A stretch of DNA of 16,505 nucleotides. Source: a virus. The DNA lies in the IMG/VR virus record IMGVR_UViG_3300045988_177740; one strand, given 5' to 3'. The notes below the pieces were generated by a model. The model worked only from the letters and a program-made list of their open reading frames with translations. It did no database searches and was not told the DNA's origin. Position numbers and translations under genes: made by a program. This document shows positions 1 to 7,373 of the stretch, piece after piece (position 1 is the stretch's first letter; each line of letters opens with the position of its first letter).

Positions 1-13
1 AAACATATATATA

Positions 14-62
14 GTCCGTCCCACGCGGACATTTTCCCAATTTTGTCCGCGTACGGCGGACA
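14..62. repeat. Two terminal palindromes: GTCCG-N7-CGGAC (14-30) and TGTCCGC-GTACG-GCGGACA (44-62)
   Basis: Read directly from the sequence. Mirrored copies lie at 16476-16492 and 16444-16462. Confidence 0.9.
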
Positions 63-73
63 GCACATTGCAC

Positions 74-111
74 AAAAAAAGCGGTGTCCGCCAGGGAAAG
101 ACACCGCTTTT
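74..111 (-). terminator. Rho-independent terminator inside the left ITR; the strong orientation faces outward on the minus strand
   Basis: An 8-bp GC-rich stem, GCGGTGTC (81-88) with GACACCGC (100-107), closes an 11-nt loop. It is flanked by A7 (74-80) and T4 (108-111). On the minus strand the hairpin is followed by U7, and it is the first terminator-like structure downstream of the last late gene (stop at 455). Confidence 0.6.
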
Positions 112-192
112 GCAAACTATTTCATTGCATTTGTTCACTTTTTAATACTTATTACAACACATATGCCCGAAATTTTTATGCATTTTACCAAC

Positions 193-221
193 TTGACAAA
201 AACGCTTTACCCGACTAAAGT
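193..221 (+). promoter_or_regulatory. Candidate sigma-A-type promoter inside the left ITR, reading inward
   Basis: TTGACA (193-198), a 17-nt spacer, then TAAAGT (216-221). A transcript from here would run convergent to the tail fibre gene. Confidence 0.35.
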
Positions 222-341
222 GTTAGTCTCGTCTAATTGTCTATACAATTCCACAATTATTCACGTTTTCCTCCCGATCCACACACAATTCTTTTGTTTT
301 ATTAACTCATTTTGCCCGAAAAGTGGGCGAAACCGCCAGTT

Positions 342-414
342 TGTCCGCGGGTCGCGGACACTTCCGAAACGGGGACTCGCTTTAGTCCGGTGAAGTGTCC
401 GTGGGTGGCGGACA
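342..414. repeat. Two inner ITR palindromes: TGTCCGCG-GGT-CGCGGACA (342-360) and TGTCCG-N7-CGGACA (396-414)
   Basis: Read directly from the sequence. A competing 9-bp pairing, GGACACTTC (356-364) with GAAGTGTCC (392-400), overlaps both palindromes. An extra GTCCG half-site lies at 385-389. Mirrored copies lie at 16146-16164 and 16092-16110. Confidence 0.9.
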
Positions 415-454
415 ATGGGTTAAGGTTTATGTGTGTAAACCTGAAAGTTGAATA

Positions 455-2395
455 TTAAATAATGTGCATCAAGTAGTTCGCGAGCATTTTTTGAGCTTTT
501 TCGTTTGGATGGTCATCGCTAAGTTTTAATGCTTTATTTTTTAAATTTACAATGTCTGGAGATAAATTCGGAAGAACATTAGCAAATTTACCATTTAATC
601 TTACTGGAATATTTTTGTCTGCTTTCATCGAATAAAATTCGCAACCTTTATAATCAGCAACTTGTTTGAATGCATTTGACCTTTCTTCTGGAAACCAACC
701 GTCCATACACCAGATAATGATTCGGGCGGTCGGGCATTTGCTATAGATTTTATCTATTAGTATATTCATCTGCCCGCAATACGTGTCATTTGTATTATCG
801 TTAAAATTGCCATTCGGAATATTTAAACCATTTAAACCAAATGCAATAAAATAAACATCATAGCCATCAGTGATGTCATTTTCATGCTTGTTTAACCATG
901 TGTTTGGATTACTACCCGGAATACCGTAGTTTACACCATCACAACATCCATATTCATTTAAGAAACTTACATATGATTTTACAGGTGCAACATGTGTAAA
1001 AGAGTCACCGCAAAAACATACTTTTTTTGATATTTTATTTTCTCGTAATGTTCTATGAAACGTTGTAAATTTTCCTAACAATGAATACCTGTAGTAAAAC
1101 GCAGGCGGGTTTTGCGTATTTTCTAATGGCAAACCGATCAGATACTGGAGAACATCAGTATTATTATCCACAACAGGAGTGATACAATAGCAAGACCAAT
1201 AATAGTCTGTTACATTTTCGAGCACCAAACCTGTTAAAGAAGTAGGCTCTACAGTATAACTTCCGATTCTTTTAATGTCATCAATATTGTATTTACTTGA
1301 GCGAAAATGCGAGGTGTAATAGTCTTTAATGTTATGTGAATTTCCCGAGCTTCTATTAAACGTTGTAAATTTTCCTAACAATGAATACCTGTAGTAAAAC
1401 GCAGGCGGGTTTTGCGTATTTTCTAATGGCAAACCGATCAGATACTGGAGAACATCAGTATTATTAGCCACAACAGGAGTGATACAATAGCAAGCCCAAT
1501 AATAGTCTGTTACATTTTCGAGCACCAAACCTTTTAAAGAAGTAGGATCTACAGTATAACTTCCGATTCTTTTAATGTCATCAATATTGTATTTAGTTGA
1601 GCGAAAATGCGAGGTGTAATAGTCTTTAATGTTATTTGAATTTCCCGAGCTTCTATTAAACGTTGTAAATTTTCCTAACAATGAATACCTGTAGTAAAAC
1701 GCAGGCGGGTTTTGCGTATTTTCTAATGGCAAACCGATCAGATACTGGAGAACATCAGTATTATTAGCCACAACAGGAGTGATACAATAGCAAGCCCAAT
1801 AATAGTCTGTTACATTTTCGAGCACCAAACCTGTTAAAGAAGTAGGATCTACAGTATAACTTCCGATGTTTTTAATGTCGTTAATGTTAAATTTTTTGCC
1901 ATAACTATGATTTTCATACGCATTAATTGGTGCATTATATTTCATGCTACTTGCTACAAATTCACTACCATTATAGTAATAAACAAAACCGTCAGATGCT
2001 AAAATGTACAGGGCAGAAGTATCAACCATGCTTTCTTTGCTATTTACAAGGATAGGTTGATTTATTTTCACAAAGTTTTTCAATAATTCGCTGAGCTCTC
2101 CAGTTTTCGACATATTATCCAGTTTACTGTTTATTTCTTCCTGTACATCTAAATTAGTAAAGTACGTATTTATAAAGTTGTATAAATCTTTGTAACTTTT
2201 TACAAGTTCATCCTGCGCATTAAACATTTCTCTTACTGTCTTAAACAGCACAACAAATTTGTTTTCCAGACTCAGCGCACCGTTAAAATCATACGGAATC
2301 CCCCGTACACTTGCCACAACTTCACAAGCCTGCGTAATCATTTGACCGAAATCGGGCAACGTAGGAAAATCTGGAATTGTTGGTTTTTTTGACAT
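455..2395 (-). CDS. Tail fibre / appendage (receptor-binding) protein with three 100-aa tandem repeats and a C-terminal SGNH/GDSL-like esterase domain
   Basis: 646-aa ORF. An AAGGAGG ribosome-binding site sits 7 nt upstream of the ATG. It is the last gene of the structural block, the position of phi29 gp12. The N-terminus has a fibre-like helical segment (LDVQEEINSKLDNMSKTGELSELL). The C-terminus carries VCFCGDSFTH ... FGLNGLN ... SDDHPN. Confidence 0.75.
   Translation of the reverse strand: MSKKPTIPDFPTLPDFGQMITQACEVVASVRGIPYDFNGALSLENKFVVLFKTVREMFNAQDELVKSYKDLYNFINTYFTNLDVQEEINSKLDNMSKTGELSELLKNFVKINQPILVNSKESMVDTSALYILASDGFVYYYNGSEFVASSMKYNAPINAYENHSYGKKFNINDIKNIGSYTVDPTSLTGLVLENVTDYYWACYCITPVVANNTDVLQYLIGLPLENTQNPPAFYYRYSLLGKFTTFNRSSGNSNNIKDYYTSHFRSTKYNIDDIKRIGSYTVDPTSLKGLVLENVTDYYWACYCITPVVANNTDVLQYLIGLPLENTQNPPAFYYRYSLLGKFTTFNRSSGNSHNIKDYYTSHFRSSKYNIDDIKRIGSYTVEPTSLTGLVLENVTDYYWSCYCITPVVDNNTDVLQYLIGLPLENTQNPPAFYYRYSLLGKFTTFHRTLRENKISKKVCFCGDSFTHVAPVKSYVSFLNEYGCCDGVNYGIPGSNPNTWLNKHENDITDGYDVYFIAFGLNGLNIPNGNFNDNTNDTYCGQMNILIDKIYSKCPTARIIIWCMDGWFPEERSNAFKQVADYKGCEFYSMKADKNIPVRLNGKFANVLPNLSPDIVNLKNKALKLSDDHPNEKAQKMLANYLMHII
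1051..1895. repeat. About 2.8 copies of a 300-bp in-frame tandem repeat within the tail fibre gene
   Basis: 1051-1350, 1351-1650 and 1651 to about 1895 align at a period of exactly 300 nt. The first two copies differ at only a few positions. The third copy diverges after about 1867. Confidence 0.95.
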
Positions 2396-2407
2396 TATTA
2401 TTCCTCC

Positions 2408-3166
2408 TTAATAGAATTGATAAAACAATTCTTTGCAATCATCACAGATACGTTTATTAAGATTAAGGATGGTATCTCGGAATCTCTGAATTTCTATTGA
2501 GTAACTACCGTCAAAACCTTCATCTTCAATCGTATCATTGTTATTTGCGTGATAAGTGTCATTGCTATTGGTTTTCGTTGTATTCTCCCCATTGCTTACC
2601 GCGTTGTTGTGAATCGTATTTTGCCCCCGTTCCATCGTAGATGCGTAATTCGTTCCGGCAAAATTGATCTGCGGATTGTCAGAGTGAATATTTTGTGTGT
2701 CGTTATTCGTATCGGCTGTCGTTGTGTTTTTTGCCGTGCTGTTTCCGGAGATTACTCCCGTTCGCGTATCGTCTTTTGTACTCGTTACTTTTCGTGTACT
2801 CTTATGAGTGGTAAGCGGGTTGTACTCAAAAGTAATACTCCTGTATAACTGCTCGTAGTATGGCATGTTAACCGTAAGGATCTTTTTCAGATGATACTGA
2901 AATTCACCAATCGTTTCCAACCCGATCTGCTCGCGGAAATACTGTAAACAGAATGTTTTTTCGAACGCAAGTTTTGCGCTTGTATATTCGGGCGCGGATG
3001 TATCGACATAAAACGGAAAGTCAAAATTGAATACTAATGGAACTGCGGTTTCAATCATATTGTCGATGGTTTGATTTTCGAGCGGCGAAATCACATGATC
3101 GGAAATAACCAACTGCTCAATGGTATTCGTCAATGTTTTTGTTTCGTAGTTGTAACCGAGAAACAT
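2408..3166 (-). CDS. Lower collar protein (phi29 gp11-like)
   Basis: 252 aa. The start overlaps the portal stop (TAATG at 3164-3168). It follows the portal gene as in phi29. The N-terminal pattern (FDFPFY ... YFREQIGLETIGEFQYHLK ... NMPYYEQLY ... NP) resembles lower-collar proteins. The C-terminus is N/T-rich and low in complexity. Confidence 0.65.
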   Translation of the reverse strand: MFLGYNYETKTLTNTIEQLVISDHVISPLENQTIDNMIETAVPLVFNFDFPFYVDTSAPEYTSAKLAFEKTFCLQYFREQIGLETIGEFQYHLKKILTVNMPYYEQLYRSITFEYNPLTTHKSTRKVTSTKDDTRTGVISGNSTAKNTTTADTNNDTQNIHSDNPQINFAGTNYASTMERGQNTIHNNAVSNGENTTKTNSNDTYHANNNDTIEDEGFDGSYSIEIQRFRDTILNLNKRICDDCKELFYQFY

Positions 3167-4119
3167 TATTCCACCTCTCTTTCCGGCGTATCGTTTTCTG
3201 GTGTGTTGTTTTCGTTGTTTTTTGTTGTGACAAACACATCTGGTCTGTTAATCGGCGTTACCATCTTAGAATTAAAACGTACATGGATGTTCAGACCATA
3301 CATATCATTAATAGCGTCAAGTCCTCTCTGAATGGTTGCCAGATTTCCGTTTCTTGTCAACTCAATTTCTCCATCGTTGTAACTCGTTTCCGCGGAAACC
3401 AGCCGTTCCGGTTTTTCAACGCCGCTTGCTTCGATTCCAAGGTCTGCCAGACATTCTGCTACTTCTCTCTGCGCGGCGGTGTCAAGTTCATTAAAAATCG
3501 GCTGTACTTTCAGATCAATTGTATCAATTTGAATCTGTTTTCTGAGATCGTTTTTTGCCTTAATAAATGGAATATTTTTCACCCATTTTTGAATAAAGTT
3601 GTCAATGCTGAGTTTTTGAGTGCTATCTCCGCTGATAACAACTGGTGTTCTCTGCTGTATAACGTTTACCCTTGTGGACGCTTTCTTCTCTGCCAAACTC
3701 TGCGCGTGTAAAATAATGCTGAGTATTTCTGGTACAGCAAAAGGTCTTGCGAAAATCAGCGCGCTTTCTTCCTTATCTGTCTGTTCATAATACTGACCAT
3801 TCATAGCATAAGCAATCCAATCGGTCGGTATACCATAAATATCTGGTTCGCCAACCAGATTAACGCCAAAAACGCCAAACAGTCCGGTGATCGGCTCTTT
3901 TTTGAACAGACACATTCCATGCCATAACAAATAGGAATTGAGCATACGTGGCGGAATCTCATCCGGTAAACCGTCATATTCATAGCGTGATAATGCAAGA
4001 TTTACGAACTTGTCAAAAAAGTGCCGAAAATACAGCTTTTCTTCTGGTGATGTATTCGGATTTTTTTCCCATTGTCCCCATACTTCTTTGTTGCTCACTC
4101 GATACGGGTTAGGATACAT
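3166..4119 (-). CDS. Portal / upper collar connector (phi29 gp10-like)
   Basis: 317 aa with a GGAGGTGA ribosome-binding site. The C-terminal half recalls phi29 gp10: EKPERLVSAETSYNDGEIE matches EKKERMVTDEVSSNDEQIE, and MYGLNIHVRF matches LYGLNVKVKF (phi29 sequence from memory). Confidence 0.88.
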   Translation of the reverse strand: MYPNPYRVSNKEVWGQWEKNPNTSPEEKLYFRHFFDKFVNLALSRYEYDGLPDEIPPRMLNSYLLWHGMCLFKKEPITGLFGVFGVNLVGEPDIYGIPTDWIAYAMNGQYYEQTDKEESALIFARPFAVPEILSIILHAQSLAEKKASTRVNVIQQRTPVVISGDSTQKLSIDNFIQKWVKNIPFIKAKNDLRKQIQIDTIDLKVQPIFNELDTAAQREVAECLADLGIEASGVEKPERLVSAETSYNDGEIELTRNGNLATIQRGLDAINDMYGLNIHVRFNSKMVTPINRPDVFVTTKNNENNTPENDTPEREVE

Positions 4120-4131
4120 GTTATCACCTCC

Positions 4132-5697
4132 TTAATCATTGGAAAGTCCATAGTTTCCAACATCGTTCGTGTGCCAAAACGTAACACCGCGGTTAAACAT
4201 AGCCTGCAAAAAGTTGATATCATCGGTGACGCATGCTCCATGCAATCCGCAGTTTACCGTTTTGACAAAATTCCAGCTTGATCGTCCTGTTATATTCGGC
4301 ACTTTGATTCTATGCGTTGCATATCCGTACATGGTGAAATAATCGTCAATTACTTTCGCCATTTCCGGAGTTACACACATGGTCTTTAATGTAATCGTAT
4401 TACTAAAAAGCGCAGTCTGAACATAACTTCCAGTAGCACTTCCTTTTGCTGTAGGCGGAATTAAATCGTGTTGCTCCATCTGTGCTGAAATATTTTCACC
4501 AAACATAAAATTGCTTGCTGTCTGACCGATACTGCTTTCGATGGCTTTTCCGAAATTACCGCTTAATACGTTTGCAATGGTTGATACAACACTTTTTCCA
4601 GTATCAAGATACTGCTGTTTTGTCTGATAATCCCATATAGGTTGAGACTGTGCCAGCCAGGCTTGATAAGCGTCATTTGTCCACGCGCAGGTAGGAAAAT
4701 TACTATAAGTAAATGCATATGGCGTATTATCAGTAGGTTCATTTTTGTAATTTTTTGGATATACGTATATAGACGGAATATTTAATTTTACGCCTTGTGC
4801 GCCAAAAGCTATTTTTTGGTTGTTGAAGTATTCGAGTCGGTACGCATATTGTGTTCCATCGTGCGCATCTGCAATTAAATACGAAAATGGATATTGAAAT
4901 AGTTTTTTATTTTTTGGAGTATAGCCAGCTAGCGTTGTTGGGAAATTCATGGTAAAGTTTTGTGGACTTGCAGAAAAGCATAAAGCAGGTGCTTGAAAAA
5001 TGGATACAATAGCGTCTGCATTTCCGCTTTTAGCATAGGCTTGAATTTTTTGTTTCATGGTAGCAAAATCTGTAGTGTTAAAATAAGTCAAACCAGACAT
5101 TATTTTTTGATTTAATTCCGGTTCCAATGCAACGCCATTTTCATCCGCACTGGCAATAAGACAATAGTTCATAAGACCAAAACCCATGCCAGCGGAACCA
5201 TTTACAATGTATTCTCCAGTTTCCAGATTTTCGGGGACTAGATTCGCACCTACTGCGTCATCTTTTTTCGCAACGTGTTCTCGCTCTACATAGCACGGTT
5301 GAAGTGCCACATCGTAAAAACTGTTCTGAAAACGATCGGGTTCGAAATAAATCTTGAAACTTCCGTCACTCAACCATTCTACGTGCGTCACAAACCCGAA
5401 ATACCATTCTTCCGTATACGGTTTATTCTGGAAAGCAATGTAATTGCATTTCAAAAACTCACTTTCATTCCCTTTTCCTTTATACGTCAATTCGCCCCAT
5501 CGTACTGGGGCAGACTGTTTAAACGTATGAATAGCTTTTTCTTTTACATGCGCCAGACAACCTGCTTTTCCATTTTCGTAGTATCTTACATGTTCGTAGT
5601 CATTTCCCCATTCAATTCCACTAGCCAAAATAACCGTAGTCTGCGGGGAAACTGCCGCCACATTGGACTGCGGCGGCATCGGAATAAAGGAATCCAT
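4132..5697 (-). CDS. Tail knob / distal tube protein (phi29 gp9-like)
   Basis: The long ORF begins with GTG at 5706, but the ATG at 5697 sits 5 nt after GAGGTGG, so 5697 is preferred. It lies between capsid and portal as in phi29. The N-terminus (VILASGIEWGNDYEHVRYY) recalls the gp9 N-terminus. Confidence 0.6.
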   Translation of the reverse strand: MDSFIPMPPQSNVAAVSPQTTVILASGIEWGNDYEHVRYYENGKAGCLAHVKEKAIHTFKQSAPVRWGELTYKGKGNESEFLKCNYIAFQNKPYTEEWYFGFVTHVEWLSDGSFKIYFEPDRFQNSFYDVALQPCYVEREHVAKKDDAVGANLVPENLETGEYIVNGSAGMGFGLMNYCLIASADENGVALEPELNQKIMSGLTYFNTTDFATMKQKIQAYAKSGNADAIVSIFQAPALCFSASPQNFTMNFPTTLAGYTPKNKKLFQYPFSYLIADAHDGTQYAYRLEYFNNQKIAFGAQGVKLNIPSIYVYPKNYKNEPTDNTPYAFTYSNFPTCAWTNDAYQAWLAQSQPIWDYQTKQQYLDTGKSVVSTIANVLSGNFGKAIESSIGQTASNFMFGENISAQMEQHDLIPPTAKGSATGSYVQTALFSNTITLKTMCVTPEMAKVIDDYFTMYGYATHRIKVPNITGRSSWNFVKTVNCGLHGACVTDDINFLQAMFNRGVTFWHTNDVGNYGLSND

Positions 5698-5711
5698 GTT
5701 TCCCACCTCTC

Positions 5712-7031
5712 TTAATCGGTAGTAAAGTAAATATTTGCTGTTTTGGACGAATCGTAACGGCTGGTAATCACAACTTTTACGCTCGCTGTTTTATTTGCTT
5801 TCTTGTTAAGATTCTTTTCGTCTTTTGCGATTCGAAGAATCGTAGTTCCCGGGATTACAAACGTATCAGCAGAAGAGTTACCCTCTACTTTTACGTCAAT
5901 CGCTTTATCAGCTACCCCAGTATAAGTAATCGAAAAACTGCCGCCAAAGTCGACATCTGATCCGGCTTTCACTAGTCCCAAATCACTTGTTTCGATGGAA
6001 GAAACAAGAACTGTCTCGGTTGTAAACACGATAATCGGATAGAACAGAGAGTAAGAGAACATCTCTTTCACCGTATACGTGCTGTTCCATCGCAATCCAC
6101 GGTTAACGTTATCCTGTACCATCATACGGTACTGTTCGCGGATTTTGAAGAACCGTTTATCCACCAGCACTGCGACGATACCCTCTGCATCGTTAAAATT
6201 GTCAATCAGCACCTGCTGTGCTTTCGGAATCATCCTGTCCAGATTGTACGCACTTGCGTAGCTGTCAACATTCATAGCGGCTTTCGTATCCGGGTCAACG
6301 AACAGAAGAATGGTATCTTCTTTTGCCGCCGATGTTGCGCCTGCAAAGTTGTACAGTGGGTTCGGAAACTGAATTTTATCAATATAAGACTGAATCTGTT
6401 TTGCAAGCGCATTGGCACTCGCCTGGTCAGTAACCGGGTCTACGTGTACCGGATAAATCTGACCTGCGCGCTTTGCAGATGCAATCAGTTCTTTTGCCGT
6501 GGTAAACTCATCCCAGTTGCAAGCGGAAACGACACTTTCCACTTTTGCCTGTACTAGACTTCTGAGTCCGTAATCATCGAGAAATGCGCCGCGCATATCT
6601 TCAAACCAGATAGTAACCGGGTAGTCGTTGTTGAAATTGATAACATGATACAGTGCCATGATATAGCTGTCATAAATGGCGGTTGCATCTTCGATACTGA
6701 TATTGGCATCGTGTGCATAACCCTGTGCAAAGTTTACATATACTTCCTGTTCTCCATTTCCATATGGCATAGCGTTACTATTCAGCACACGAAGAGGGTT
6801 ACGGAACGCTTCGGTACTGATGGACTGACTGGCAATCAGATTCACCAGTGCCGGAACGAGTTCGTTTCGCGCCATCGGGTTGTAAGGATCGGTCAAAGTT
6901 TTGGCAATATCGGCGATATTATCGCGTGTTGCCACCGGGACTCTGTCACGGTAATCAACACTCATTGTCTGGCGCACTGCATTTAACATATTAATATTTG
7001 TCATATCAACTTTTTCTGCCATATTTTTCAT
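5712..7031 (-). CDS. Major capsid protein (phi29 gp8-like) with a probable C-terminal Ig-like domain
   Basis: 439 aa, directly after the scaffold gene with an ATGA overlap at 7028-7031. An alternative ATG at 7022 has better spacing from the ribosome-binding site. Size and position fit gp8. The C-terminal roughly 90 aa is beta-rich and resembles an Ig-like decoration domain. Confidence 0.75.
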   Translation of the reverse strand: MKNMAEKVDMTNINMLNAVRQTMSVDYRDRVPVATRDNIADIAKTLTDPYNPMARNELVPALVNLIASQSISTEAFRNPLRVLNSNAMPYGNGEQEVYVNFAQGYAHDANISIEDATAIYDSYIMALYHVINFNNDYPVTIWFEDMRGAFLDDYGLRSLVQAKVESVVSACNWDEFTTAKELIASAKRAGQIYPVHVDPVTDQASANALAKQIQSYIDKIQFPNPLYNFAGATSAAKEDTILLFVDPDTKAAMNVDSYASAYNLDRMIPKAQQVLIDNFNDAEGIVAVLVDKRFFKIREQYRMMVQDNVNRGLRWNSTYTVKEMFSYSLFYPIIVFTTETVLVSSIETSDLGLVKAGSDVDFGGSFSITYTGVADKAIDVKVEGNSSADTFVIPGTTILRIAKDEKNLNKKANKTASVKVVITSRYDSSKTANIYFTTD

Positions 7032-7372
7032 TCTCCTTTTCCGCTTAAAATAAGCTGAGACATATCAAGATCGCTGATACTTGTTGCGGTTTCTTCCGGT
7101 TTCGGCGCGTTTCCGCCAAACTCGGTTACTTTTGTGATACTTCCGCCGTGGGAAAGATCAGACCAGCGGCTTTTGATTTCAGCAACGGCGGCATCATACT
7201 TTCCTTTCAGTTCGTCCCGTTCTGCGACCAGCGCGTCACGTTCGGACATCAACGCTCCGATATCAGTATCTTCGGTTTTGATTTTTTCACTGATGGCGGC
7301 GATCGCGTCGCCATGCGTTTCGATGTTTCCAATGTCGGCAACAATTTCTGTCCAATACTCTTCTAGTGTCAT
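7028..7372 (-). CDS. Scaffolding protein (phi29 gp7-like)
   Basis: 114 aa and acidic. It has a coiled-coil-like segment (LMSERDALVAERDELKGKYDAAVAEIKSRW) and an AAGGAGG ribosome-binding site. It sits immediately upstream of the capsid gene. Confidence 0.55.
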   Translation of the reverse strand: MTLEEYWTEIVADIGNIETHGDAIAAISEKIKTEDTDIGALMSERDALVAERDELKGKYDAAVAEIKSRWSDLSHGGSITKVTEFGGNAPKPEETATSISDLDMSQLILSGKGE

Positions 7373-7373
7373 T

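Larger units (their letters stand above)
1..440. repeat. Left inverted terminal repeat (ITR) of a linear protein-primed phage genome
   Basis: 1-369 is the exact reverse complement of 16137-16505. 370-419 pairs with 16087-16136 with about five mismatches (370, 379, 388, 390, 392). Weak residual similarity (shared atgtgtgtaa) extends to about 440. The end reads 5'-AAACATATATATAG: a reiterated terminal A followed by an AT-rich stretch. Confidence 0.95.

Noticed and set aside
43-393. 116-aa ORF in the left ITR, with a near-identical twin at 16113-16463
   Set aside because: The duplication is simply a consequence of the ITR. The ORF starts at a non-ATG codon, has no ribosome-binding site, and runs straight through the terminator hairpin, the promoter and the palindromes. 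Its translation looks compositionally random.
423-442. Hairpin AGGTTTA-tgtgtg-TAAACCT just after the tail fibre stop, considered as a terminator
   Set aside because: No U-tract follows it on either strand. The right-end counterpart has only a weak all-AT 5-bp stem around the shared atgtgtgtaa. That evidence is too thin to call a feature.
1051-1895. Possibility that the tandem repeats are a CRISPR array or a satellite
   Set aside because: The period is 300 nt with no spacers. The repeats are in frame and translate into a coherent repeated protein module within a long ORF.
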